A model generated the notes under the pieces. It searched no databases, was not told where the DNA came from, and was given only the letters and a program-made list of their open reading frames with translations. A DNA stretch of 64,000 bases, taken from contig JBBDJV010000015.1 in NCBI GenBank assembly GCA_040879725.1, positions 32,127 through 96,126 of the forward strand. The letters run 5' to 3'. The stretch is from Minisyncoccota bacterium (GTDB lineage Bacteria; Patescibacteriota; Minisyncoccia; Phycocordibacterales; GCA-2401445). A program made the position numbers and the translations under genes. This document shows, one piece after another, positions 38,253 to 47,196 of the stretch (within the stretch, counting starts at the first letter, position 1; each line of letters opens with the position of its first letter).

Positions 38253-38671
38253 ACCTCAGAATAAAAAAGTTACACAGCGATGCAATTATTCCTTCATACG
38301 CGCACGAGGGTGATGCGGGCATGGATTTGTTCTCACTTGAAAAAGTTGTGATAGAACCCAATACGCAAGTATCACTTGCTACGGGTATTGCGCTTGAAAT
38401 ACCGGAAGGGTACGTAGGTTTGATTTGGGATAAGAGCGGATTGTCGCATAAGCACAGACTAAAAACATTTGGAGGTGTCGTAGACGCAGGGTATCGAGGA
38501 GAAGTGCGAATTGGAATTATGAATTTGTCAGACACTTCATATGTTTTTGAAAAGGGACACAAGATAGCACAGATGTTGATTCAACCTGTCGTCTCGGCTA
38601 CTATTACGGAGTCAGACAACCTTTCAGACTCATCTCGTGGTGAAGGTGGTTTTGGAAGTACAGGAAAATGA
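38249..38671 (+). CDS. dut: dUTP diphosphatase
   Basis: DAGMDL, KSGL, GVVDAGYRGE, KIAQ, RGEGGFGSTG. Confidence 0.95.
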   Translation: MNLRIKKLHSDAIIPSYAHEGDAGMDLFSLEKVVIEPNTQVSLATGIALEIPEGYVGLIWDKSGLSHKHRLKTFGGVVDAGYRGEVRIGIMNLSDTSYVFEKGHKIAQMLIQPVVSATITESDNLSDSSRGEGGFGSTGK

Positions 38672-40374
38672 AAAACGAACTGGAAAAACATATTACAGAA
38701 GCGCTCATAAGTCTTGGTATTGAAGTTACCAAGGGTGTTGTAGTTGAACGTCCAGCGGACAGTACTCACGGAGACTGGTCGAGTACTGTTGCACTTGCAT
38801 ACGCAAAGCAGGCAAAAAAAGCTCCCTTGGCTCTCGGAGAGTCGCTTGTCGCTATTCTGAAAGAAAAAAATATACAACACGTAAAAGATATTTCACTTTT
38901 GCATCCCGGGTTTATAAACATCACACTTACTTCGGAGTACTACACGGAACGCATTAAAGATATCCTTTTAAAAGGAAAAGAGGGTGAGGTGAGTGGTGAG
39001 TTTAAGGGTAAGCGGGTTATGGTTGAATATACCGACCCAAACCCGTTTAAGGTTTTTCATATCGGCCATTTGATGAACAACACAATCGGTGAGTCTATCG
39101 CCTGTTTGATGAGTGCGGGTGGTGCAGACGTGGTGCGTGCTAACTATCAAGGAGATGTCGGTTTGCACGTGGCAAAGGCGATATGGGGAATGCGCCAGAG
39201 TAGGCCGGCATTTCCGGAGGATACCGATGATCTTAAAACAAAAATGACTTTTGTTAGCAATGCGTACGCATACGGTGCTAGTCAGTATGAAAGTGATGAG
39301 CAAGCAAAAAAAGATATTGATGCAATTAACAAAGAAGTCTACACACGTGAAAATGAAGATATAAATGTATACTACGACAAAGGGCGCGCGTGGAGCTTGG
39401 AACATTTTGAAGAAGTTTATGCACTTCTCGGTACAAAGTTTGATATCTACTATTTTGAAAGTGAGGTTGCTACTAAGGGTGTTGAAATTGTTCGCAAGCA
39501 TATAGGGACAGTGTTTGAGGAGAGCAACGGTGCGGTAATATATCGTGGCGAAAAAAATGGATTGCACACACGAGTGTTTATTAACTCACAAGGACTTCCA
39601 ACGTATGACGGAAAAGATATCGGACTTACTTGGAGAAAAGAGGAAACAGACCCAAGTGATATTTCTGTTGTCGTGAGTGCTGAAGAACAGAAAGAGTATT
39701 ACAAAGTACTCGTATCAGCGATACGCGAGATTGATCCCGCGATAAGTGAAAAGATGAGACATGTGACACACGGCATGATGCAAGGGCCTGACGGGACTAA
39801 ATTATCATCAAGAAAAGGTACCGCACTTACCGGAGAGTCACTTATTGAAGAGGTTGAAGAACTTGTATGGGAAAAGCTTCGTGAGAGGGATATGAGTGAA
39901 GAGGATAAAAGAGAAGTGATGCAAGCTGTTTCTGTTGGCGCGGTGAAGTATTCAATACTCCGTTCAAAAACAAGTAGTAACATTGCGTTTGATTTTGATA
40001 AATCAATTTCGTTTGAAGGAGACTCGGGTCCGTACTTGCAGTATACTGCCGTGCGCGCGCGTTCGGTTTTGGATAAAGCGGGAAGCCAATTTCTTGCAGA
40101 TGCTACTCCGGTGTTTGAGGAAGTAGGAAAAGCCCTTTATCTTCTACTTGATAAATTTGAAGAGGTTGTGGTTCGCTCGCAGCGAGAGCTCGAACCGCAT
40201 CATATAGCGACGTACGCAATAGAGCTCGCAAGTGCATTTAACGCTTTCTATGCCAATACGCCTATTCTTAATGTTCCTGAAACACCTTCTCGTCTTGCTC
40301 TTGTGCATGCGGTTGAGTTGGTACTTACACACTCTCTTTCACTTCTCGGTATACGGGTCCCTAAGAAAATGTAG
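38668..40374 (+). CDS. argS: Arginine--tRNA ligase
   Basis: VEYTDPNPFKVFHIGH, GDVG, KLSSRKG, FEGDSGPYLQY, C-terminal P.KM. Confidence 0.95.
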   Translation: MKNELEKHITEALISLGIEVTKGVVVERPADSTHGDWSSTVALAYAKQAKKAPLALGESLVAILKEKNIQHVKDISLLHPGFINITLTSEYYTERIKDILLKGKEGEVSGEFKGKRVMVEYTDPNPFKVFHIGHLMNNTIGESIACLMSAGGADVVRANYQGDVGLHVAKAIWGMRQSRPAFPEDTDDLKTKMTFVSNAYAYGASQYESDEQAKKDIDAINKEVYTRENEDINVYYDKGRAWSLEHFEEVYALLGTKFDIYYFESEVATKGVEIVRKHIGTVFEESNGAVIYRGEKNGLHTRVFINSQGLPTYDGKDIGLTWRKEETDPSDISVVVSAEEQKEYYKVLVSAIREIDPAISEKMRHVTHGMMQGPDGTKLSSRKGTALTGESLIEEVEELVWEKLRERDMSEEDKREVMQAVSVGAVKYSILRSKTSSNIAFDFDKSISFEGDSGPYLQYTAVRARSVLDKAGSQFLADATPVFEEVGKALYLLLDKFEEVVVRSQRELEPHHIATYAIELASAFNAFYANTPILNVPETPSRLALVHAVELVLTHSLSLLGIRVPKKM

Positions 40375-40413
40375 ACAGCTTGTTTTTGTTGTGCTATTTT
40401 CGATGTAGAGAAT

Positions 40414-40803
40414 ATGAGCACCACCAAAGTTATTGGGTCTGAATCGTGGAAACAACGCGATCGGTTGTTTCTGAAGGAACTGAAGAAAAAACGAAAGAAA
40501 GGATTACTATCGAAAGAAGAAGAGAGCACAATCACCAATTCATTGTCTTGTTTGAGCACAGATACACGAGAGGTTAATCTCTCGCTTGCGGGGAATGAAG
40601 AAGATTTCAAGCTGTACGAGGGTATGGTTCGAAACATTGTTTTGGATGTTGCCAAAGTAAAGAAGCTACTTTCACTTCTCGCGACACCTAAACACGATGC
40701 AGTTTATGGCCAGTTTGCTTTTGCGGTAGAAGTGCTTGAGCAATCCCGCAGAACCATAACTGAATTCCACGAAAAAAATACTCAAAAAGGGAGCGTGAAA
40801 TGA
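40414..40803 (+). CDS. Hypothetical protein
   Basis: 129-aa ORF preceded by TGnTATTTT; coupled (ATGA) to the next ORF. Confidence 0.6.
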   Translation: MSTTKVIGSESWKQRDRLFLKELKKKRKKGLLSKEEESTITNSLSCLSTDTREVNLSLAGNEEDFKLYEGMVRNIVLDVAKVKKLLSLLATPKHDAVYGQFAFAVEVLEQSRRTITEFHEKNTQKGSVK

Positions 40804-41096
40804 ATTTGTATGTACTTGTCGAGCATGGGATTCTTCCTCCGGACGGAGTGGGAATTCTTAAAACAAACATGGATAAGTGGAGGCTTTCTGTTTCCGCGCG
40901 TGAGCAGTTATGCTTACTGATTCACGACATTGAGTCTCCATACATTACTCTGGATGATGTGATCAGGGTCTGGCGTGAGCTCGGACTTCACGACTGGGTG
41001 AGTGATGAAGGAGAGTCCCTTGAGTGGGGACTCCGCAGGGCGGGCGAGGCGTATACCAGGCTCAAAGCGTTGCACCAGGAGCGAAGATTGGTGTAA
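40800..41096 (+). CDS. Hypothetical protein
   Basis: 98-aa ORF overlapping the upstream stop and followed by a terminator. Confidence 0.6.
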   Translation: MNLYVLVEHGILPPDGVGILKTNMDKWRLSVSAREQLCLLIHDIESPYITLDDVIRVWRELGLHDWVSDEGESLEWGLRRAGEAYTRLKALHQERRLV

Positions 41097-41109
41097 TTCA
41101 AAAAAAATC

Positions 41110-41143
41110 AAAAGCGCTGGAGAAAGAATCCAGCGCTTTTTTT
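41110..41143 (+). terminator. Intrinsic terminator
   Basis: AAAAGCGCTGGA-gaaagaa-TCCAGCGCTTTTTTT. Confidence 0.85.
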
Positions 41144-41167
41144 GTGGGAAGTGCTTGCCTTGAGACT

Positions 41168-41226
41168 ATAAGAAATAATTGACAGGGTAGGTATTTAAAC
41201 GTACATTACTTTTAGTTCTTTGATAC
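41168..41226 (+). promoter_or_regulatory. 59-bp repeated promoter module, copy 1
   Basis: Identical to 42031..42089; TTGACA(41179)-17 nt-TACATT(41202), then TTTTAGTTCTTTGATAC. Confidence 0.9.
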
Positions 41227-41307
41227 AGATGTTCATTTTCAGCTGTGGCGAAATGTAGTAGTCACACATCAACAAAAATAGCGAAAACCAAGAAAGGAAA
41301 AACCGCT

Positions 41308-41931
41308 ATGAGCAAGCTCCATAAACAAACTACCAAATTGATTGCCCGTATCGCTGAAAATCTCCCTGAGATGGACAGCGACATCATACAGAGATGGATA
41401 GACAATCCCAAAAGACTTCAGAAGTTTCTGCGGAAGCTTTGTATGCCCGAAAAGGAAATTCCCTTGAATACTATCGACCTCGGCGCACCACCTCGACTTC
41501 CGTTTGACGGAGTCGAAGTAGCTCAGCATGTTGGAAAAGGAATTGTCGAAATCGAACTGCGATCGGACGACAATCTTTACATCGGGGGCAAAAAGGTACT
41601 TCTGTATTTGTCGGAATTGCAGATAGGTAATAAGAAAATTGAGGGACACAAACTTCGCCAAGAGCTCGAAGAAAGCAAACGAGAAGTTCTCTTGAACGCA
41701 AATGTCTCGGACTACCTCTACCACCACCCCGAATTGTTTCCTGAACACTGGAAGAAAGACAAAATCGGGGAAACTCTCTATATCTTCTTCTGGGGAAGCA
41801 TTTTTGTCTCTCCAATGCACGATTTTCTGTATGTCCCGGTTCTGTTTTGGCGTGATGGCGGGTTGTGTCGGGATACCCGCTTCCTCGAGGACGGATGGCA
41901 TCGTCAGGATCCGTCTGCTTCCGTAGCATAA
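41308..41931 (+). CDS. Hypothetical accessory protein (aromatic-rich C-terminus)
   Basis: ATG 41308 preceded by AAAGGA; C/G-richer codons than neighbours; own promoter and terminator. Confidence 0.75.
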   Translation: MSKLHKQTTKLIARIAENLPEMDSDIIQRWIDNPKRLQKFLRKLCMPEKEIPLNTIDLGAPPRLPFDGVEVAQHVGKGIVEIELRSDDNLYIGGKKVLLYLSELQIGNKKIEGHKLRQELEESKREVLLNANVSDYLYHHPELFPEHWKKDKIGETLYIFFWGSIFVSPMHDFLYVPVLFWRDGGLCRDTRFLEDGWHRQDPSASVA

Positions 41932-41986
41932 CTTGGGTACTTTGGACTTGGTCACTTAGACCTAGCCTTTGAGAACCTTTGATCTC

Positions 41987-42026
41987 AGCCCTGCCCAATT
42001 TTAGATTGGTGCGGGGCTTTTTATTT
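41987..42026 (+). terminator. Intrinsic terminator
   Basis: AGCCCTGCCCAAT...ATTGGTGCGGGGCT followed by TTTTATTT. Confidence 0.75.
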
Positions 42027-42030
42027 AGGG

Positions 42031-42089
42031 ATAAGAAATAATTGACAGGGTAGGTATTTAAACGTACATTACTTTTAGTTCTTTGATAC
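42031..42089 (+). promoter_or_regulatory. 59-bp repeated promoter module, copy 2
   Basis: Exact copy of 41168..41226. Confidence 0.9.
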
Positions 42090-42216
42090 GAAGGTTGGTC
42101 ATAGCGAAAAGCCTTTTAACTATGTTCAGGGTTTCTCGCTATGACCATGCTGGAAATAGCACCCACCTCGGTGTAGAGGTACAGATATGGGCAACTGAGC
42201 CCAAGGAGATACAGAT

Positions 42217-42894
42217 ATGAGCACAAAAGAATTCGCAATTGCTGAGGTTATGCCGGGGCAATTAAACGCACTGGTTAAAACCATTATGCGTCAGACTGGA
42301 GTGAGTGACCCAAACGAAGCGGTTCGCCTCGTCAATTCAAGGGAGTTTGTACTTACCCGACCAGTCCGTGATTGGCATAAGAAAGAGGGTTTTGTTTATT
42401 TTACTGTTACGAGTGAAAATATGACCGGCGAGGATTGGATTACGTGGTACAAAAATAAGGGCATTGATTTGGAGGACGATGTGAAATGTTTGCTCCGTTC
42501 AGAACATTTTAAGCCGACCTCTGGCGTGACAACGAGAGTTGTGCTTTCCCCGGGATCATCTTTATTGATGAGAGAACGTTTGAAGATTGAATGTCTAGAT
42601 GAGGCGCTTTGTGCTCATGGTTATATGACACCAAACATCGAGCTTGGTTTTCTCATGGACAAAAAGTTCGCAAAAAAGGAAATTGCAGAAGATATGGGCT
42701 TCAACTACATTACGGTCATGCATGATCCCGTTCACATAGCCGGACCAGATCAGCGTTTGGTTTATGTGAGTTCAAGTGCTGATAGGCGTCAGTTTTGTTT
42801 GTTTCGTTACAGATCAAATACTGCATTTGTTCTAAAAGAGGCGTTTGCATTTGCTATTTCGGAAGAACAGTATGCTCTCAGTAAATCAAGCTGA
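42217..42894 (+). CDS. Hypothetical accessory protein
   Basis: AAGGAG upstream of the ATG; 225 aa; own promoter, structured leader and terminator. Confidence 0.8.
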   Translation: MSTKEFAIAEVMPGQLNALVKTIMRQTGVSDPNEAVRLVNSREFVLTRPVRDWHKKEGFVYFTVTSENMTGEDWITWYKNKGIDLEDDVKCLLRSEHFKPTSGVTTRVVLSPGSSLLMRERLKIECLDEALCAHGYMTPNIELGFLMDKKFAKKEIAEDMGFNYITVMHDPVHIAGPDQRLVYVSSSADRRQFCLFRYRSNTAFVLKEAFAFAISEEQYALSKSS

Positions 42895-42924
42895 GTTTGG
42901 TTTCAAGCAGTGTTAACCTTTTAG

Positions 42925-42960
42925 GCCCCGTCCCACTTTGCGGACGGGGCTTTTCTTTTT
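42925..42960 (+). terminator. Intrinsic terminator
   Basis: GCCCCGTCC-cactttgc-GGACGGGGC-TTTTCTTTTT. Confidence 0.85.
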
Positions 42961-42968
42961 ACGGAATT

Positions 42969-42987
42969 ACGGAAGCCAGGCTTCCGT
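42969..42987. repeat. REP-like palindrome
   Basis: ACGGAAGCC-A-GGCTTCCGT. Confidence 0.6.
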
Positions 42988-43101
42988 GAAAAGAAAATGT
43001 GGTGTAATTTGCTTACCCTTATTTATACCAAAATTTTCTCTGACATATAGTCCACAAAACTCTCCAAAAGTGCTAGAATGACTACATTCGGGCACTTTTT
43101 T

Positions 43102-46100
43102 ATGAGCGAAGAAAATAAAAAATTACAAAAAACACGAGGGGAAAAAGAAAGAGAGATTCTTGAGTTTTGGCGTGAAAATAAGGTGTTTGAGACTTCAGAG
43201 CAAAAACCCGCTCCAAAGGGTGATTTTGTATTTTATGACGGCCCTCCTTTCGCGACAGGTCTTCCTCACTATGGACACATGCTTCCGGCTACTATCAAGG
43301 ACGTAATTCCGCGTTTCAAGACGATGCAAGGTTTTCGCGTGCGCAGACGTTGGGGGTGGGACTGTCACGGGCTACCAGTTGAAAATCTTATTGAGAAAGA
43401 ATTAGGTCTCAAAGACAAGCAAGATATTCTAAAGTACGGAATTGGGAAGTTTAACGTGGAAGCAAAAAATAGTGTTTTGCGCTATGCGGATGATTGGCGT
43501 GAACGTGTTCCACGGTGGGGAAGATGGATAGATATGGAGCAGGACTACCGAACCATGGACCTTGCGTACACAGAATCTATTTGGTGGATGTTTAAAACTT
43601 TGTATGAAAAAAATCTGATTACCGAAGGGTACAAGTCTATGCACCTGTGTCCGCGGTGCGAAACAACTCTTTCGAATTTTGAAGTGAACCAAGGGTATAA
43701 AGATATTACGGATATTTCAGTGTACGTTGCATTTGAATTATCTGATACACCAAACACTTTCCTCCTCGCATGGACAACAACTCCATGGACGCTTCCGGGA
43801 AATGTCGCACTTGCCGTGCATCCTGATGTTGCGTACGTAACAGTAGAACAAGGTGGTAAGAAATATATTCTTGCCGAAGAGCTAGCTCAAAAGAGATTTG
43901 CTATCGGGAGCGATGCCGTACTCAGCGGTTCGCCTATAAAAGGAAGTGAACTTATCGGAAAAGCATACAAACCGGTATTTCCGTACTATGCGGAAGATAC
44001 CACTCTCGAACAGAGAGAAAATGGATGGAAAGTGTACGGCGCGGATTTTGTTACTACGGAAGATGGAACAGGCATTGTGCATATCGCTCCTGCGTTTGGA
44101 GATGACGACATGAAGCTCGGAGAAAAAGAATCACTACCGTTTGTTCAGCATGTTACAACAGGTGGAGTGTTCAAACCGGAAGTAAGTGATTTCGCGGGAG
44201 TGAGTGTGAAGCCGAAAGATGACCATCAGTCAGGTGATGTCGCGATAATTAAATATCTTGCTGGGAAAGGAGTACTTTTTGCAAAAGAAAAAATTATTCA
44301 CTCGTATCCGCACTGTTGGCGGTGCGATACTCCACTTCTTAATTACGCATCAAGCTCTTGGTTTATTAAAGTAACCGCATTTAAAGACAGGCTGGTAGAA
44401 GCAAATAACAATGTTTCTTGGGTACCAAAAGAAATGGGCGAAGGGCGTTTCGGTAAGTGGCTTTTGGGTGCTCGTGATTGGGCAATATCTCGCTCGCGGT
44501 TTTGGGGAGCACCTCTGCCGGTATGGAGAAATGAAGAATCGGGAGAATTATTTATTCCAGGATCGGTTTCTGAACTAAAAGAAAAAATAGGATTTAGAAA
44601 TACGTATTTGGTAATGCGACACGGTGAGGCGGACAGTAATGCGCAAAATATTTTAAGTGGAAAAAAAGATAACCCTCATCACGTAACAGAAAAAGGTAAA
44701 AAGCAGGTTGCTCATGCGGTTGAAAAACTGAAGGGAACATCAGTGGATGTTGTTTTCGTTTCTCCATTTGTTCGCACGAAAGAAACCGCAGAAATGGTAA
44801 AAGAAGCACTCGGGCTTACTGACACACAGATAGTTGTAGATGAGAGAATAGGGGAAATAGATACGGGTGATTTTAATAACACACCTATAGACGAGTATCG
44901 TGCTTACTTTAAGAGTACCGCTGAGAAGTTTTCAAAACCCGCACCAAACGGAGAAAGTTTGCGCGACGTGCGAAGACGAGTAGGCGAGTTTCTGTATGAA
45001 ATTGACGCAAAATATGAAGGCAAAACCATTTTAATTATTTCTCACGAATATCCTATCTGGCAGTTGTATTCTGTTGCGGAAGGATGGGATGAACGTGGTT
45101 CTATTCAGGCAAAAAATGACCGAGATGATTTCGTTGAAACGGGAAGTGTTAACAAAATTTCGTTTGCACGTCTGCCGGTTAATGAATCGTTTGAAACAGA
45201 CTTACATCGTCCGTATATTGATGAAATTGAACTCACCGCAAAAGACGGAACAAAACTGAAAAGAGTACCCGAAGTGTTTGACTGCTGGGTTGAGTCTGGG
45301 TCAATGCCGTTTGCTTCTCGGGGGTATGTTGGGAAAGCACTTCCTGACTTTGATCCGAATACGGGAGTTGGTTTTCCGGCAGACTTTATCGCTGAAGGGC
45401 AAGACCAAACCCGTGGTTGGTTTTACTCACTTATTGTTCTCGGGGTTGCATTGTTTGGAAAATCTCCGTTTAAGAATGTTGTGGTAAACGGTGTGGTGCT
45501 TGCCGGAGATGGGCAGAAAATGAGTAAACGACTTAAGAATTATCCCGATCCGATGGAAGTCGTTGAAACGTACGGTATGGACGCGCTTCGATTGTATTTT
45601 CTCGGTTCACCGCTGGTGAAAGCGGAAGATGTTTCTTTTTCAGAAAAAGGAGTTGATGAGGTAATGAAGAAAAATATCGGCAGACTTGAAAATGTTGTTA
45701 TGTTCTATCAGATGTTTAGTGCGGATGCTGAAGCGACTACAGAGAGCCCACATGTTCTCGATAGATGGATTGTCAGTACGCGTAATAATCTCATTGCGTC
45801 TGTTACGGCTTCACTCACAGCGTATCAGTTTGACCGAGCAGTCAGAGCACTTTCTGATTTTATTGATGATCTTTCAACGTGGTATGTTAGGCGTTCTCGA
45901 GACCGATTCAAAGGGGAAGACAGAGAGGATGCGGGACATGCACGAAGAGTACTTCGAGAAACACTCTCTCTCTTTTCGCAAGTTAGTGCGCCGTTTATTC
46001 CTTTTACCGCAGAGTCTGTGTATCAAATCGTAAAACAAGATGGAGCACCGAAAAGTGTGCATCTCACTGTGTGGCCGGTTGCGGGAGAAATTGACGAAAC

Positions 46101-46584
46101 CCTTTTGTCTGAAATGAAGACAGTAAGAGAAGTGGTGTCACTGGCATTCGAAGCAAGAACCAAAGCAAAAATTAAAGTACGGCAACCTCTCGCATCCCTC
46201 ACAATAAAAACAACACTGCCTACAGTGCTACTTGAACAGATTGCGGAAGAGGTAAATGTAAAAGAAGTTCGGATTGGAGAAACAAAAAATGAAGAAGTAC
46301 TACTCGACACTGTACTTACTCCGGAGTTGATAGAGGAAGGGTACATGCGCGATGTGCTTCGACACATTCAAGAGAAAAGAAAGGACGCAGGTCTAGAGAC
46401 GAGTGACTATATTACACTTACCGTAGTGGGGAATAAAGAAGTTCAAACCCTTATTTCTTCTATGAAAAAAGAATTAGAACGCGTGGCGCAAGTGTCGCGT
46501 ATTGAATTCGAGGAAAAGAGTGAAATGGAGCCGACACTTACACTGGGAGATATGAGTCTTTCGGTTTCAATAAAGAAAGTATAA
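43102..46584 (+). CDS. ileS: Isoleucine--tRNA ligase (type 2-like) with inserted histidine-phosphatase domain
   Basis: DGPPFATGLPHYGH, GWDCHGLP, WTTTPWTLP, DWAISRSRFWG, EGQDQTRGWFY, KMSKR; RHGE insert at ~44596-45160. Confidence 0.95.
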   Translation: MSEENKKLQKTRGEKEREILEFWRENKVFETSEQKPAPKGDFVFYDGPPFATGLPHYGHMLPATIKDVIPRFKTMQGFRVRRRWGWDCHGLPVENLIEKELGLKDKQDILKYGIGKFNVEAKNSVLRYADDWRERVPRWGRWIDMEQDYRTMDLAYTESIWWMFKTLYEKNLITEGYKSMHLCPRCETTLSNFEVNQGYKDITDISVYVAFELSDTPNTFLLAWTTTPWTLPGNVALAVHPDVAYVTVEQGGKKYILAEELAQKRFAIGSDAVLSGSPIKGSELIGKAYKPVFPYYAEDTTLEQRENGWKVYGADFVTTEDGTGIVHIAPAFGDDDMKLGEKESLPFVQHVTTGGVFKPEVSDFAGVSVKPKDDHQSGDVAIIKYLAGKGVLFAKEKIIHSYPHCWRCDTPLLNYASSSWFIKVTAFKDRLVEANNNVSWVPKEMGEGRFGKWLLGARDWAISRSRFWGAPLPVWRNEESGELFIPGSVSELKEKIGFRNTYLVMRHGEADSNAQNILSGKKDNPHHVTEKGKKQVAHAVEKLKGTSVDVVFVSPFVRTKETAEMVKEALGLTDTQIVVDERIGEIDTGDFNNTPIDEYRAYFKSTAEKFSKPAPNGESLRDVRRRVGEFLYEIDAKYEGKTILIISHEYPIWQLYSVAEGWDERGSIQAKNDRDDFVETGSVNKISFARLPVNESFETDLHRPYIDEIELTAKDGTKLKRVPEVFDCWVESGSMPFASRGYVGKALPDFDPNTGVGFPADFIAEGQDQTRGWFYSLIVLGVALFGKSPFKNVVVNGVVLAGDGQKMSKRLKNYPDPMEVVETYGMDALRLYFLGSPLVKAEDVSFSEKGVDEVMKKNIGRLENVVMFYQMFSADAEATTESPHVLDRWIVSTRNNLIASVTASLTAYQFDRAVRALSDFIDDLSTWYVRRSRDRFKGEDREDAGHARRVLRETLSLFSQVSAPFIPFTAESVYQIVKQDGAPKSVHLTVWPVAGEIDETLLSEMKTVREVVSLAFEARTKAKIKVRQPLASLTIKTTLPTVLLEQIAEEVNVKEVRIGETKNEEVLLDTVLTPELIEEGYMRDVLRHIQEKRKDAGLETSDYITLTVVGNKEVQTLISSMKKELERVAQVSRIEFEEKSEMEPTLTLGDMSLSVSIKKV

Positions 46585-47172
46585 ATGTACCACGTTCATA
46601 CGACTGAGGCGTATATACTGAGTCGCGTATCACACGGTGAGACAAATGCACTCATTGTGCTTTTTACTCGTGATTTCGGAAGAATACAGGCGGTGGCTCA
46701 AGGTGTGCGAAAAACAACATCAAAGCTCAACCCCTTTTTACAAGAGTACGCATTTGTTCGTATTTCGCTTGTGCGAGGAAAAGAATGGTGGCGTATAGTG
46801 ACCGTGGAGGGAATAGGGTCGCTGTATGTATCCGCAAGAGGAGACGAGCGTCGTCTGCGAATCATAACGCATATTATCAAACTCCTTAATCGTCTTGTTC
46901 AGGGTGAAGAATGCAACGAAGTTTTATTTGATTCACTCTCTGAGGTTTTTCAAAAGCTTTCAGACAGAACACTTACAAAAGAAGAAGTGGTGTCGCTTGA
47001 GATAGTCGGAGTACTGCGCTTGCTTTACCACCTCGGATACGTATCGCGTTCGGACGAAACGGTAGCGCTTTCGGAAGAAGTGATAACAAAAGATATTCTT
47101 ACTCGCGTGCACACATTGCGGAAGTCATACATTTCTTCCATAAACGCGTCCCTTAAAATTACTCACCTCTAG
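46585..47172 (+). CDS. recO: DNA repair protein RecO
   Basis: GETNALIVLFTRDFGRIQAVAQGVRKTTSKL N-terminal OB-fold pattern. Confidence 0.85.
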   Translation: MYHVHTTEAYILSRVSHGETNALIVLFTRDFGRIQAVAQGVRKTTSKLNPFLQEYAFVRISLVRGKEWWRIVTVEGIGSLYVSARGDERRLRIITHIIKLLNRLVQGEECNEVLFDSLSEVFQKLSDRTLTKEEVVSLEIVGVLRLLYHLGYVSRSDETVALSEEVITKDILTRVHTLRKSYISSINASLKITHL

Positions 47173-47196
47173 AGGTGCTATGATATACTGAATACA

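Noticed and set aside
41269-41998. Long antisense ORFs (228 and 175 aa) over ORF 41308
   Set aside because: Promoter, SD-like site and terminator all support the plus strand; the antisense frames are likely shadows of C/G-richer codon usage.
41168-42089. 59-bp repeats as a CRISPR array or attC sites
   Set aside because: Only two copies ~860 bp apart, not palindromic, no cas or intI genes; the repeat reads as a promoter.
43043-43053. ACATATAGTCC resembling a group I intron S element
   Set aside because: Isolated short match in a small intergenic region with no P/Q/R elements or interrupted gene.
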